IMG/VR virus record: IMGVR_UViG_2671180547_000013
Origin: a virus
Lineage: Duplodnaviria; Heunggongvirae; Uroviricota; Caudoviricetes
DNA: 47,489 nucleotides
Direction: 5' to 3' (one strand)
Below the pieces are notes generated by a model. The model worked only from the letters and a program-made list of their open reading frames with translations. It was not told the DNA's origin and did not search any database. The position numbers were made by a program, and so were the translations under genes. The stretch's first letter is position 1. Every line of letters starts with the position of its first letter. Of the stretch, positions 29,150 to 39,907 are shown piece by piece.

Positions 29150-29914
29150 ATGAAACTGAAAACGGTCGAGATTAACGGAAAACAATACGCAGAAATTGAT
29201 ACTGCTGGCCTGCCAGTTTATGTGCACGACGATGGTAAAGAAATTGGCTTCGATGCACCGCTGGCGACAAAAAAAATTACAGAGCTTAATGGCGAGGCAA
29301 AAAATCATCGCCTGGCTAAAGAAGCTGCAGAGGAAAAACTGGCTAAGTTTGCCGCTATCGAAGACCCGAAGAAGGCGATCGAGGCACTGGAAATGCTGTC
29401 AAAAATCGACCAGAAAAAGCTGCTCGATGCGGGACAGGTTGACCAGGTTAAGGCAGAAATTACGAAAAATTTTCAGCAGCAATTAGATGAAGAAAAGCAA
29501 CGCTCTCAGATGCTGGAGAAGCAGCTTTACGATTCTATGATTGGCGGTAGTTTTGCGGGTTCAAAATATATTGCCGATAAAATTGCGATCCCGGCAGATT
29601 TATTACAAGCCCGCTTCGGGCAGGCATTCAAAGTGGAAGAAGGGAGGATCGTTGCTTATGACGCTTCCGGCAACAAAATTTATTCCCGCGCGAAGCCTGG
29701 CGAACTGGCGCAGTTTGATGAGGCGCTGGAGTTCCTTGTCGAAAATTACCCTCAGAAAGACTACATCCTGAAAGCCAGTGGCAACAATGGCGGCGGCTCC
29801 CGTCCGACACAGCATGATATTGGTCAGAAAACGATGAAACGCTCTGCTTTTGATGCACTGGATGTTGCAGGTAAGCAAAACGCATTGAAAGACGGTATCA
29901 CAATCGTTGATTAA
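29150..29914 (+). CDS. Scaffolding protein (start taken at ATG 29150, after the terminator)
   Basis: Helical, charged protein between head morphogenesis and major capsid genes. Confidence 0.6.
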   Translation: MKLKTVEINGKQYAEIDTAGLPVYVHDDGKEIGFDAPLATKKITELNGEAKNHRLAKEAAEEKLAKFAAIEDPKKAIEALEMLSKIDQKKLLDAGQVDQVKAEITKNFQQQLDEEKQRSQMLEKQLYDSMIGGSFAGSKYIADKIAIPADLLQARFGQAFKVEEGRIVAYDASGNKIYSRAKPGELAQFDEALEFLVENYPQKDYILKASGNNGGGSRPTQHDIGQKTMKRSAFDALDVAGKQNALKDGITIVD

Positions 29915-30012
29915 CACATTTGTCAGCTTCCGGATGGGAGCTGGTGTCAGGGCTGGATAGCTCATTACTCCATCTATTCACAATTACGCAAATTTTTAAG
30001 GAATATTTAATT

Positions 30013-31152
30013 ATGGCTGGAAATACCCTGACCGGGTTGATCCCGACTATTTATACCGCCCTGGATGTTGTATCCCGTGAGCAGGTAGGTTTTATCCCTG
30101 CGGTAGCAAAAAACGCAAAAGCTGACGCCGCAGCAAAAGATCAGACGGTAACCGCGCCAGTTGCGCCTGAGGCGAAAACCGAAGATATCGTACCGGGGCC
30201 GTCAGCTCCGAATACCGGTGATCAAAATATTGGCACTGTTGATGTAAAAATTACTAAATCCAAAATGGCACCGGTTAAATGGAATGGTGAAGAACAACTG
30301 GCTCTTGGCCCTTCAGGGACTTACAACACCATTCTGGCTGATCAGTTCAAGCAGGCTTTTCGCGCCCTTGCAAACGAGGTTGAGGCTGATCTTGGTGCGT
30401 TGTATTTCGGTGCTTCCCGCGCCGTGGGAACCGCAGGGACAACGCCGTTTGGTGTTAAAGATGATCTTTCTGATGCTGCTCTGGCTCGTCAGGTTCTGGA
30501 GGATAACGGCGCACCGACAACCGATCTGCAGATGGTGCTTGGCTCCACTGCCATTGCTAATTTGCGCGGAAAACAGTCTGTATTGTTTAAAGTGAATGAA
30601 TCCGGCACTGAACAGCTACTGCGTGAGGGCGTGTTGGGGCGTCTGGAGGGATTCAATATTCACAGTTCGGCAGGTGTGAAACGAGCGCCAAAGGTTGCTG
30701 CAACTGGTTATCTCGTGAATGGAGAGAAAAAAGAAGGCGATGTTCTTATTTCCATTGATACTGGTTCGGGGAGTATTTCTGCAGGTCAGATTGTTACGTT
30801 CGCTGGTGATCCGAATCAGTATGTTGTGGCAGCAGCGACCAGCAATCTGATTACTCTTGCAGCGCCCGGACTGCGTCAGGATCTGGCCGATGATACTGCC
30901 ATCACAGTTGTTGGGGCCTTTACTGCAAATATGGCGTTTGATCGCAACGCGTTTCTGCTGGCATCCCGTACTCCGGCAATGCCGGAAGGTGGCGATAATG
31001 CTGATGATGTAATGAATGTTACGGACCCGATTTCAGGGATTACGTTCCAGATTGCACTGTATCGTCAGTATCGCCAGGTGCGCTATGAAGTTGGACTGGC
31101 ATGGGGTGTTTCATCAGTGAAGCCGGCACATGGTTGTCTGATTCTTGGTTAA
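30013..31152 (+). CDS. Major capsid protein, 379 aa
   Basis: ATG 30013 with AAGGAA upstream; size and position; strong hairpin terminator immediately downstream. Confidence 0.75.
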   Translation: MAGNTLTGLIPTIYTALDVVSREQVGFIPAVAKNAKADAAAKDQTVTAPVAPEAKTEDIVPGPSAPNTGDQNIGTVDVKITKSKMAPVKWNGEEQLALGPSGTYNTILADQFKQAFRALANEVEADLGALYFGASRAVGTAGTTPFGVKDDLSDAALARQVLEDNGAPTTDLQMVLGSTAIANLRGKQSVLFKVNESGTEQLLREGVLGRLEGFNIHSSAGVKRAPKVAATGYLVNGEKKEGDVLISIDTGSGSISAGQIVTFAGDPNQYVVAAATSNLITLAAPGLRQDLADDTAITVVGAFTANMAFDRNAFLLASRTPAMPEGGDNADDVMNVTDPISGITFQIALYRQYRQVRYEVGLAWGVSSVKPAHGCLILG

Positions 31153-31162
31153 ACATTCAAAC

Positions 31163-31183
31163 GGGGCTTCGGCCCCATTTTTA
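31163..31183 (+). terminator. Intrinsic terminator-like hairpin with UUCG loop after major capsid gene
   Basis: GGGGC-TTCG-GCCCC followed by ATTTTTA. Confidence 0.65.
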
Positions 31184-31194
31184 ATGGGGGGCAT

Positions 31195-31371
31195 ATGGCC
31201 GGATTAACTAAAGAGCAAAGAGCACAGCGTGAAGCCGCACAAAAAACGCAAATTGAGTTAGTGGTTATGGTGACCGATTATCAGATGTTTCCCGGCGCAC
31301 CAACTATCGCTAATGTTCATCCTGATGAAGTTGACAACTGGAAGGCTATGGGCTGGAAAACTCAGGAGTAA
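31195..31371 (+). CDS. Small hypothetical protein, 58 aa
   Basis: Hand-found ORF MAGLTKEQRAQREAAQKTQIELVVMVTDYQMFPGAPTIANVHPDEVDNWKAMGWKTQE; G-rich Shine-Dalgarno; fills the gap between capsid and connector genes. Confidence 0.35.
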   Translation: MAGLTKEQRAQREAAQKTQIELVVMVTDYQMFPGAPTIANVHPDEVDNWKAMGWKTQE

Positions 31372-31374
31372 CAC

Positions 31375-31770
31375 ATGATCACTTACGTGACCTGTGATGA
31401 CGTTGATAATGCGTTTGGGAACGCCTGGACGAGTGAGAACGCTAAAAATAAAGCTGTTTTAATGGCTAATGCCTGGCTTAATGGCTTCAACCTGAAAATT
31501 AACCCATCCCGTATTCCGGAAGAGGTAAAACTTGCGGGAGCATATGCAGCCAGAATTGCCTCATTCGGTAAGTTGTTTCAGCAGAAAAATGATTCTGGCG
31601 TTGTTATCAGTAAAGCCGTGTCGGCTGACGGGGTCAGTGTATCGAAATCATTTTCTGAGTTGCCAGCAAACAGCACTGCATTGCTTGAACCCGATTTACA
31701 GCTTGCGATAGCACTGCTGAAACCGTACGGACTTAGTCGCTCACAAGTCAGGGTTGTGAGGGGGGGATAA
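31375..31770 (+). CDS. Head-tail connector/adaptor protein, 131 aa
   Basis: Position and size in head-to-tail joining block; GGAG Shine-Dalgarno. Confidence 0.55.
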   Translation: MITYVTCDDVDNAFGNAWTSENAKNKAVLMANAWLNGFNLKINPSRIPEEVKLAGAYAARIASFGKLFQQKNDSGVVISKAVSADGVSVSKSFSELPANSTALLEPDLQLAIALLKPYGLSRSQVRVVRGG

Positions 31771-32153
31771 TGGGGCTTCGTGAAGAGATTCAGTCAGAGG
31801 TTGCCGCTGCTTTTGATGAGGATTTAGCGGACGCCGTGAGTGATTTTTCTGGTTCTTACGTTACGCACCGGCACTGGGATCCTGTGACGGAAACTGGCGG
31901 CGAATCAACCGCAATCTATACCGGGCGAGGCGTGTTGACACGTTATAAGCTGGGCAGAATTGATGGGATTAATATTTTGCATGGTGACCTTAAATTAACC
32001 GCTCTGGTATGCGAGGTTACGGATAAACCAGCTGTCGACCATATTATTGAGATTTATGATCCTGTATCAAGGCAGTTACAACGATACGAGGTAATTACAG
32101 CAAGTGTAGATCCTTCCGCATCAGTTTACTCTATCCAGTTAAGGAGAGCGTAA
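31770..32153 (+). CDS. Head closure / head-tail joining protein, 127 aa
   Basis: Overlapping start with upstream gene; position. Confidence 0.5.
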   Translation: MGLREEIQSEVAAAFDEDLADAVSDFSGSYVTHRHWDPVTETGGESTAIYTGRGVLTRYKLGRIDGINILHGDLKLTALVCEVTDKPAVDHIIEIYDPVSRQLQRYEVITASVDPSASVYSIQLRRA

Positions 32154-32534
32154 ATGGCAAAGGCATGGGATATAGAACCGTCAATATTTGCCGGGATGAT
32201 TGAGGAAGATGTAGGGCTGAAGATTCGCTACATCGCTATGCAGATTCTTACTGCTATTGATATTGCTGCTCCGGTTGATACCGGACGTTTCAGAAATAAC
32301 AACCTGGTGTCGTTACAGCATCCCGATTTTGGTATATCTGATAACGTGGATCCGAACGGTACGATTGCTGTTCAGCGTGGGATCGGGGTTATTTCGAAAG
32401 CTGCAAATTACGGGGTTATTTATATCCAGAATAACCTTCCTTATGCAGAGGCTCTTGAAAACGGTCATTCACAACAAGCGCCAACTGGCGTGTATGCCAA
32501 CGCTTTTCATGGTGTTTTACAGGCTTACAAATGA
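32154..32534 (+). CDS. Tail completion / neck protein (HK97 gp10-like), 126 aa
   Basis: Position; AAGGAGAG Shine-Dalgarno. Confidence 0.5.
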   Translation: MAKAWDIEPSIFAGMIEEDVGLKIRYIAMQILTAIDIAAPVDTGRFRNNNLVSLQHPDFGISDNVDPNGTIAVQRGIGVISKAANYGVIYIQNNLPYAEALENGHSQQAPTGVYANAFHGVLQAYK

Positions 32535-32923
32535 AGTTTACTGAAATCAGAAATACGGTTATTTCCAGAATGACGGCACAGACGATTATTGATGGAAAAG
32601 ACGTATTGTATCCGAACGGGCCAACGTTCGATCCTTCCGGTAAGTTAATCTGGGCGCGGTTAAGTAATATTCCCGGGCAGGCTGGAGTTAATGAAATTGG
32701 CGCGGGGCCGGTTGTTTATCGCACGGGGATAATCATTATTCAGTTATTTGTCCCCGCAGGTTCTGGTTCAAAACTCATTACTGAGACAGCCGATAAATTG
32801 CGGGAACTGTTTGAGTTTCAGGATGACGATCGTCTCAGTTACCAGGCTGTTTCCTCAATAGCCGTTGGCGAAAAGAATGGCTGGTTCCAGCTTAATCTTC
32901 AAATTCCATATCGCGCGCTCTAG
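32531..32923 (+). CDS. Tail terminator-like protein, 130 aa
   Basis: ATGA overlap with upstream gene; directly precedes major tail protein. Confidence 0.5.
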   Translation: MKFTEIRNTVISRMTAQTIIDGKDVLYPNGPTFDPSGKLIWARLSNIPGQAGVNEIGAGPVVYRTGIIIIQLFVPAGSGSKLITETADKLRELFEFQDDDRLSYQAVSSIAVGEKNGWFQLNLQIPYRAL

Positions 32924-32949
32924 CGCAATTAATGACATAGGAGGCTCCT

Positions 32950-33912
32950 GTGAGTTCAGGTGCAAAGGTTATCTCGGCATTTATCCGGGAGACGGTTGCA
33001 GGCACTACGCCAGCAAGTGGTGACTGGAGTTTATTAAAACGCACAAGCTGGGGAGTAAAACCCACCCAGAATAAAGGCGAAAATAATGAGATTGGTGGCT
33101 CCCGGATGGCTCAGGGGGCGACGCCTGGCACTGTGGATGTCGGCGGTGATGTTGGTACCAAATTTCGCTGGGGTCAACATGATGATTTTCTTGCATCCTG
33201 TTTCGGCGCGGAATGGTCAGGCGATTCTCTGACAATGGGGAATGAGCGAATAACATTTTCTCTGGCGACCTATGCGTCCGATGTCGGAATTGCCTCTGTC
33301 GTCAGAGGAGCGCAGGTTGGCTCATGGAAAATGCAGATCCCTAACGACGGCGATATTACAGCGACCGTAACCTTTGCCGGACTGGACTGGGAATCAAAGG
33401 CCGATGATACGAATTTTATCAAAGGCGAACCTGTGGATAGTGCAGGAAAGCTACGTTATTCGTTTAAGGAGGTTTCAGCAGTAAGCCTGAATGGTGTTGC
33501 CGGAGGTAACGGTTTTTGTATCGACAGTTTTGATATTCAGTTCGATAACAAACTCCAGACACAGCGTTGTATCGGGACTGGCTCGCCTTATGCAGGAGCA
33601 AATATTCCGACTACTTTTACACCGTCCGGTACGGTGACGCTTTCATGGTCTAAAGCCGCGTGGGAAATCTGGAGTAAAACACTGACTGGAGAAACAGTTC
33701 CGTTCAGCTTCACGCTTTCGAATGGAGAGGGGGCATACACTTTCAGTTTCCCGAAGGTTCAGGTGTCAGGTGAATGGCCTGATGGGGGTAATAGCGACAT
33801 TATCCAGGTTCAATTGAGCATTACCGCAGCAGATGAAGCACCTACGATAACCAGAAAAAAAAATTCCCCGGCTGCCGTGATCGCAAAAGCCAGTGCTGAG
33901 GCGATTAGTTGA
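32950..33912 (+). CDS. Major tail (tube) protein, 320 aa (GTG start)
   Basis: AGGAGG 5 nt upstream; Gly/Thr/Ser-rich protein before the chaperone and tape-measure genes. Confidence 0.7.
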   Translation: MSSGAKVISAFIRETVAGTTPASGDWSLLKRTSWGVKPTQNKGENNEIGGSRMAQGATPGTVDVGGDVGTKFRWGQHDDFLASCFGAEWSGDSLTMGNERITFSLATYASDVGIASVVRGAQVGSWKMQIPNDGDITATVTFAGLDWESKADDTNFIKGEPVDSAGKLRYSFKEVSAVSLNGVAGGNGFCIDSFDIQFDNKLQTQRCIGTGSPYAGANIPTTFTPSGTVTLSWSKAAWEIWSKTLTGETVPFSFTLSNGEGAYTFSFPKVQVSGEWPDGGNSDIIQVQLSITAADEAPTITRKKNSPAAVIAKASAEAIS

Positions 33913-33960
33913 TTTTCCGTTATTCCTCCTGTGGTACTGCCCTACAGGGGGACGCATTGA

Positions 33961-34422
33961 ATGAGGTTATGGATGTTTATTCTTAATCAGAAAATTATCA
34001 TTGGTGGAGAACGCTGGTTTACGCCAATGAAGGACTTAAAACCTGTAGACGGGTTAAAACTGTTGGTGGCAAGCAGCGATAACGATCAGTATCGCTCCCG
34101 TAATGCATTAATCCGTCGCCACATTGAGAAAATGGATGCCAGTTTGCACGTCGGAACGAAGGAGTTTGATATTTCAAAGGTTTCCGAGGTGGATTCTGTT
34201 GATGATTTACTCATTGATAATGCCGCTCGTTATCTGCTGAAAGACTGGAAAGGGGTTGGTGAACTGGTTAATGGTGTTGAGGTTGCACTGGAATATACGG
34301 CAGAACGAGGGATCGCGCTGCTTAAGCAGAATCCAGAGTTGTACTGGCAGATCCTTGCAGAAGCAGCCAGCATCGCCCAGGGTAAAGAGCAGCAGAAGCA
34401 GGATACGATAAAAAAGCCATAG
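33961..34422 (+). CDS. Tail assembly chaperone (lambda gpG analogue), 153 aa
   Basis: Acidic protein directly upstream of the tape-measure gene; ends ...DTIKKP with slippery heptamer in its last codons. Confidence 0.7.
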   Translation: MRLWMFILNQKIIIGGERWFTPMKDLKPVDGLKLLVASSDNDQYRSRNALIRRHIEKMDASLHVGTKEFDISKVSEVDSVDDLLIDNAARYLLKDWKGVGELVNGVEVALEYTAERGIALLKQNPELYWQILAEAASIAQGKEQQKQDTIKKP

Positions 34423-34730
34423 CTGCCCAGCGGTGGTTATCGGAGTTCGGGGGAGAAAGGGGGGAAAAGGCAAGATGGAAGCGAGAAAAACTCAGGTTGC
34501 CACCGATACCGGAACCAGAAATAGACCCGGTGCTTAAGGAGTTGTTGTACGCCTATTCGGTAATATCCCGTGCCCGACGTTATGCTGGAATGGCTGGGGT
34601 GCCTTTGCCTTTATCTCTGACAGAGATAAATGAATATTTAGCCACTCATCCGGTATTGATTGAGCGCGATGAATTTGAAGCAGTGATCTTTGCACTGGAT
34701 GACCAGTATTTTCAGGAGCAGTGTGTGTAG
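33961..34730 (+). CDS. Tail assembly chaperone frameshift fusion product (lambda gpGT analogue)
   Basis: G frame to 34416, then -1 frame (GCC at 34416 ...) to TAG at 34728; the downstream frame lacks an ATG start (track used TTG at 34497). Confidence 0.6.
34410..34416 (+). other. Programmed -1 ribosomal frameshift slippery heptamer A_AAA_AAG
   Basis: AAAAAAG in the G frame (codons AAA 34411-13, AAG 34414-16); the -1 frame is open from 34386 to the stop at 34728-34730. Confidence 0.7.
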
Positions 34731-34850
34731 TTGTTAATTACGTACACTCTGTTACAGAGATGTGATGGTGTCTTTAATTAAATCGATGATGCTCCTGGAG
34801 AAAAGCATTGCGTGGCCTCGTAATCGCTATATCTACTATTATGTCGCCTG

Positions 34851-34876
34851 AAACCCACTTCGCGGTGGGTTTTTTG
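34851..34876 (+). terminator. Terminator-like hairpin immediately upstream of tape-measure gene
   Basis: AAACCCAC-TTCGC-GGTGGGTTT followed by TTTTGTTG; 20 nt before the tape-measure RBS. Confidence 0.5.
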
Positions 34877-34895
34877 TTGTCAGGAGTTTTAATAA

Positions 34896-37800
34896 ATGGC
34901 AGAGCAAACCTCGCGTCTCGCAATAATTATTGATAGCACTGGAGCGAAAAATAATGCTGACAATCTGACCTCCTCATTAGTCAAAATGACGCAGGCTGGG
35001 GAAACTGCTGCAAATAGCGCAGGGAAAGTGACTAAGGCAACAGAAGATGAGAAGAACGCGCTCGCAAAATTAAAAGCAGCTATTGATCCAGTTGGTGCCG
35101 CAATTGATACTGTCGGTCGACGCTATTCTGAATTAAAGAAATTTTTCGATAAAGGGCTTATTGATAAAGAAGAATATGAATTTCTTGTCCGTAAACTTAA
35201 TGAAACCACAGAGGAATTGAGCGGGGTTGCGCAAGCGCAGAGAGAAGCCGAGAAGGCCGGAAAACTTGCTGCCGCCCAGCAGGAAGCGCAGGCTCAGGCC
35301 TTTCAAAGAATGCTGGACAAGATCGACCCTCTGGCTGCGGCGCTAAGAAATCTTGAACAACAGCATGATGAACTTAATGCTGCGTTTGCATCCGGGAAAA
35401 TAAATGGTTCTCAGTTTGAGAATTATAGCCGAAAAATACAGGAAACACGGCGAGAGCTTACCGGAGAGGCTCAGGCAGAGCGAGAAGCAGCAAAAGCGCA
35501 TGATGAACAGGTTGTTGCTTTGCAACGTCTGATTGCTCAACTTGATCCTGTCGGAACTGCTTTTAATCGTCTGGTAGAACAACAGAAACAGCTCAATGAA
35601 GCAAAAGCTAAGGGGATGCTTTCTCCTGAAATGTATGAGGAGCTTTCTGGAAAACTTCGTGCTATGCGGAGTGAGCTTGAGGTTACTCAATCACAATTAA
35701 GCAAAACCGGAATGTCGGCAAAACAAACGGCTTTTGCTATGCGCATGTTGCCTGTACAAATGACGGATATTGTTGTTGGGTTGTCCACTGGTCAGTCGCC
35801 ATTTATGGTGTTAATGCAGCAGGGCGGCCAGCTAAAAGATATGTTCGGTGGGATTGGCCCGGCGATCAAAGGTGTAGGTTCTTATGTGCTGGGATTAATT
35901 AATCCTTTTACCCTGGCCGCAGCAGCCGTTGGGGTCTTAGGACTGGCTTACTATAAAGGCTCTCAGGAGCAGGACGAATTTAATAAATCTCTTATTCTTA
36001 CCGGAAATCAGTTGGGGACAACCAGCGGGCAATTGGGCGATATAGCTCAACGTGCCGGGAATGCGGCTGATTCGACAACTGGTGCTGCGGCGGCAGTATT
36101 AAATCAGCTTGTGCGTTCGGGAAAGGTAGCGAGCAGTTCGCTGGAGCAAGTGACGACAGCGATAGTAAAAACGAGCGAAGTAACAGGAATATCAACCGAA
36201 CAACTGGTTAATGACTTCAATGAAATTGCAAAGGATCCTGTCAGTGCCATATCAAAACTTAATGATCAGTACCATTTTCTGACACTTGCGACTTATAACC
36301 AGATTAAGGCGCTACAGGATGAAGGGAACCAGCAGGAGGCCGCCCGCATTGCGACAGAAGAATACTCATCCTCAATGATCCAGCGCACCAACCAGATTAA
36401 AGAAAATCTTGGTTATCTTGAGACTGCATGGAAAGCTGTCGCAGACTCCGCAAAATGGGCATGGGATTCCATGCTGGATATTGGCCGTGAGGCCTCCCTT
36501 GATCAAAAAATCTCAGATGTTCTCCGTCAAATTGATGAAATAGAAAAAAATACCCGACCCGGAGTTTTCGGGTTAGGTGGCATTGGAGATGGCGGAGCTC
36601 AAAATAAAAGGCTGGCACGATTAAAGCAGCAATTGGGCGTACTTCAAGCAGAAAAAATTGCTCAGGACGTACTAAATTCATCAATAAACGATTACAACAA
36701 GCGACAACAGGAAGGAATTGAACTCAGACAGAGAGCAGATGCCTTTTCAAAACAATATCAGACCCGGGAGCAGCAGAGAGCTAGTGAACTTGCAAAACTG
36801 GAAAAGCTAAAGAATCAGTATTCAAAGGAAGAATATAATAATCTTATCGCTCAAATAAATGAGCGTTATAAAGATCCAAAGCAACCAAAGGCGAAAGGTT
36901 ATTCTGATGATGCAGCCCAACGAATGATTGATCATCTGAATCAACAGAATGCGTTACTAAGTTCACAAGCTGAGTTGACCGTTAAATTAAGTTCCTCTGA
37001 ACAGGAACTGGTTAAGTGGCGTCAGCGGATTGCCGACCTAGAGTCACGACCATCATCGAAATTAACCCAGGATCAGAAATCGCTTCTCTTACACCGGGAA
37101 GAAATAACCACGTTGATGGAGAAAAATGTTGCGATTGAAAAAAATAACAGGCTAATCAAGGAATCCGCCGAAATAACAGCATGGCGTGATTCATTGCAGG
37201 CTTCGATTGATAATCGTCAGCAGGGGTATGATATTCAGATTGCTGGTTATGGGGTTGGCGATAAAAATCAGCAACGCCAGCAGGAATTACTGCGGATTGA
37301 ACATGGATATAACAATCAGCGTCTGCAACTTGAACGTGACTATGCAGATAAATCCCGTGGAATGTCAGATCATGTTTTTCAAGAGAAAATGCAGGCTCTG
37401 AATGATGCTCTGGAACGGGAAAAAGAAATTGTCAGACAGAAAAACGAGCAGCTCGATATTCAGGCAGGAGACTGGGTTAGTGGTGCCTCCCAGGGATTCA
37501 ATAACTGGCTGGATGACACTAAGGATATCAGTGAGCAGATAAAATCAACCACGACTCAGATGTTTGATGGGATGACCGATGCGCTGGGTGATTTTGTCAC
37601 GACAGGCAAGGCAAATTTTCGTTCTTTCGCTACTTCCGTGATTTCGGATCTTAGTCGAATAGCATTAAAGGCTTCAATTACTGGGATTTTCGACAGCATT
37701 AGTAACAGTTCTTCTGGGGGGATTTTAGGAACTATCGGGAGTGCTATTAGTAAATTTATTCCGAATGCAAAGGGCGGTGTTTATGAGTCTCCGTCATTGA

Positions 37801-38129
37801 GCACGTATTCGAACGGTATTTATGATTCCCCGCAATTTTTTGCTTTTGCAAAAGGGGCTGGTGTTTTTGGTGAGGCTGGACCGGAAGCCATTATGCCATT
37901 AACACGAACTTCCGATGGTTCTCTTGGTGTCAGAGCTATTAATAGTAAAAGTGGTAATGGAGGCGGAGATATTACCTATGCCCCTGTATACCAAATCACT
38001 ATTCAAAATGACGGCCAGAATGGAGAGATTGGCCCTCAGGCAATAAAAGCACTTATGGGGATGGTTGATCAGCGGGTGCAGGGCAATCTGTTAAATATGC
38101 GACGTGATGGGGGAATGTTAAGTGGCTAA
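34896..38129 (+). CDS. Tail tape measure protein, 1077 aa
   Basis: Long helical protein with repeated coiled-coil segments, Gly-rich hydrophobic central region and C-terminal region; AGGAG Shine-Dalgarno. Confidence 0.9.
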   Translation: MAEQTSRLAIIIDSTGAKNNADNLTSSLVKMTQAGETAANSAGKVTKATEDEKNALAKLKAAIDPVGAAIDTVGRRYSELKKFFDKGLIDKEEYEFLVRKLNETTEELSGVAQAQREAEKAGKLAAAQQEAQAQAFQRMLDKIDPLAAALRNLEQQHDELNAAFASGKINGSQFENYSRKIQETRRELTGEAQAEREAAKAHDEQVVALQRLIAQLDPVGTAFNRLVEQQKQLNEAKAKGMLSPEMYEELSGKLRAMRSELEVTQSQLSKTGMSAKQTAFAMRMLPVQMTDIVVGLSTGQSPFMVLMQQGGQLKDMFGGIGPAIKGVGSYVLGLINPFTLAAAAVGVLGLAYYKGSQEQDEFNKSLILTGNQLGTTSGQLGDIAQRAGNAADSTTGAAAAVLNQLVRSGKVASSSLEQVTTAIVKTSEVTGISTEQLVNDFNEIAKDPVSAISKLNDQYHFLTLATYNQIKALQDEGNQQEAARIATEEYSSSMIQRTNQIKENLGYLETAWKAVADSAKWAWDSMLDIGREASLDQKISDVLRQIDEIEKNTRPGVFGLGGIGDGGAQNKRLARLKQQLGVLQAEKIAQDVLNSSINDYNKRQQEGIELRQRADAFSKQYQTREQQRASELAKLEKLKNQYSKEEYNNLIAQINERYKDPKQPKAKGYSDDAAQRMIDHLNQQNALLSSQAELTVKLSSSEQELVKWRQRIADLESRPSSKLTQDQKSLLLHREEITTLMEKNVAIEKNNRLIKESAEITAWRDSLQASIDNRQQGYDIQIAGYGVGDKNQQRQQELLRIEHGYNNQRLQLERDYADKSRGMSDHVFQEKMQALNDALEREKEIVRQKNEQLDIQAGDWVSGASQGFNNWLDDTKDISEQIKSTTTQMFDGMTDALGDFVTTGKANFRSFATSVISDLSRIALKASITGIFDSISNSSSGGILGTIGSAISKFIPNAKGGVYESPSLSTYSNGIYDSPQFFAFAKGAGVFGEAGPEAIMPLTRTSDGSLGVRAINSKSGNGGGDITYAPVYQITIQNDGQNGEIGPQAIKALMGMVDQRVQGNLLNMRRDGGMLSG

Positions 38130-38460
38130 TACGGAAGAATTTCACTGGTTACCAGAGGATGGAATGAAAACAGAAAATAAACCATCGATAAAAACTGTAA
38201 GATTTGGTGATGGTTATGAGCAACGAAGTCCAAATGGACTTAATCATTCTCTGCGCGTTTTCACCTGTGATTTCAAAGTTGAGGCGAATGAACGTGATTC
38301 ATTTGAAAAATTTTTAGCCCGGCATGAAGGCTATAAATCTTTTTTTTGGCGCCCGCCGGGTATTAACAGAAAAATCAGAGTGGTGTGTCGAACGTGGTCA
38401 GCGACAGAACATATCACCTATACCGATTTTTCGTGTCAGTTTGACGAAGTGGTGATCTGA
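38122..38460 (+). CDS. Minor tail protein M (lambda gpM-like); GTG start, alternative ATG 38164
   Basis: [16 protein letters not shown]...FFWRPP matches lambda gpM pattern as recalled. Confidence 0.85.
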   Translation: MANTEEFHWLPEDGMKTENKPSIKTVRFGDGYEQRSPNGLNHSLRVFTCDFKVEANERDSFEKFLARHEGYKSFFWRPPGINRKIRVVCRTWSATEHITYTDFSCQFDEVVI

Positions 38461-39158
38461 TGCAGGACATACAACAGGAAACGCTGAATGAATGCATTCG
38501 TGCGGAGCAGTCGGCCAGCGTGGTGCTCTGGGAAATCGACCTGACCGAGGTAGGCGGGGATCGCTACTTTTTCTGCAATGAGCAGAACGAGAAAGGAGAG
38601 TCTGTCACCTGGCAGAGTCGGCAGTATCAGGCCTATCCCATTCAGGGGAGTGGATTTGAGATGAACGGCAAAGGTGCCAGTGCAAGGCCAACGCTGAAAG
38701 TCTCTAATCTGCACGGCATGGTCACCGGGATGGCGGAAGACCTGCAGAGTCTGGTCGGCGGAACGGTGGTCAGGCGTAAGGTTTACGCCCGTTTTCTGGA
38801 TGCGGTGAACTTCGTCAACGGAAACAGTGACGCCGATCCGGAGCAGGAGGTGATCAGCCGCTGGCGTATTGAGCAGTGCAGCGAACTGAGCGCGGTCAGT
38901 GCCTCCTTTGTACTGTCCACGCCGACGGAAACGGACGGCGCTGTTTTTCCGGGGCGCATCATGCTTGCTAATACCTGCACCTGGACCTATCGCGGTGATG
39001 AGTGCGGTTATCACGGTCCGGCTGTCGCGGATGAATATGACCAGCCAACGTCCGATATCACGAAGGATAAATGCAGCAAATGCCTGAGCGGTTGTAAGTT
39101 CCGCAATAACGTCGGCAACTTTGGCGGCTTCCTTTCCATTAACAAACTTTCGCAGTAA
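38460..39158 (+). CDS. Minor tail protein L (lambda gpL-like), 232 aa
   Basis: Sequence and 232-aa length as recalled for lambda gpL; C-terminal Cys cluster. Confidence 0.85.
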   Translation: MQDIQQETLNECIRAEQSASVVLWEIDLTEVGGDRYFFCNEQNEKGESVTWQSRQYQAYPIQGSGFEMNGKGASARPTLKVSNLHGMVTGMAEDLQSLVGGTVVRRKVYARFLDAVNFVNGNSDADPEQEVISRWRIEQCSELSAVSASFVLSTPTETDGAVFPGRIMLANTCTWTYRGDECGYHGPAVADEYDQPTSDITKDKCSKCLSGCKFRNNVGNFGGFLSINKLSQ

Positions 39159-39163
39159 ATCCC

Positions 39164-39907
39164 ATGACACAGACAGAATCAGCGATTCTGGCGCACGCCC
39201 GGCGATGTGCGCCAGCGGAGTCGTGCGGCTTCGTGGTGAGAACACCGGAGGGGGAAAGATATTTTCCCTGCGTGAATATTTCCGGTGAGCCGGAGGAGTA
39301 TTTCCGGATGGCTCCGGAGGACTGGCTGCAGGCAGAGATGCAGGGTGAGATTGTGGCGCTGGTCCACAGCCACCCCGGTGGTCTGCCCTGGCTGAGTGAG
39401 GCCGACCGGCGGCTGCAGGTGCAGAGTGATTTGTCGTGGTGGCTGGTCTGCCGCGGGGCGATTCACAAGTTCCGCTGTGTGCCGCATCTCACCGGGCGGC
39501 GCTTTGAGCACGGGGTGACGGACTGTTACACGCTGTTCCGGGACGCTTACCATCTGGCGGGAATTGAGATGCCAGATTTTCATCGTGAGGACGACTGGTG
39601 GCGTAATGGTCAGAATCTCTATCTGGATAATCTGGAGGCTACAGGGCTGTATCAGGTGCCGTTGTCAACGGCGCAGCCGGGCGATGTGCTGCTGTGCTGT
39701 TTTGGTTCATCGGTGCCGAATCATGCCGCCATTTACTGTGGTGACGGCGAGCTGCTGCACCATATTCCTGAACAACTGAGCAAACGAGAGAGGTATACCG
39801 ACAAATGGCAGCGACGCACACACTCCCTCTGGCGTCACCGGGCATGGCACGCATCTGCCTTTACGGGGATTTGCAGCGATTTGGCCGCCGCATCGACCTT
39901 CGTGTGA
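39164..39907 (+). CDS. Tail assembly protein K (JAB/MPN plus NlpC/P60-like)
   Basis: HSHPGG metalloprotease-type motif and Cys/His C-terminal domain; matches lambda gpK as recalled. Confidence 0.85.
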   Translation: MTQTESAILAHARRCAPAESCGFVVRTPEGERYFPCVNISGEPEEYFRMAPEDWLQAEMQGEIVALVHSHPGGLPWLSEADRRLQVQSDLSWWLVCRGAIHKFRCVPHLTGRRFEHGVTDCYTLFRDAYHLAGIEMPDFHREDDWWRNGQNLYLDNLEATGLYQVPLSTAQPGDVLLCCFGSSVPNHAAIYCGDGELLHHIPEQLSKRERYTDKWQRRTHSLWRHRAWHASAFTGICSDLAAASTFV

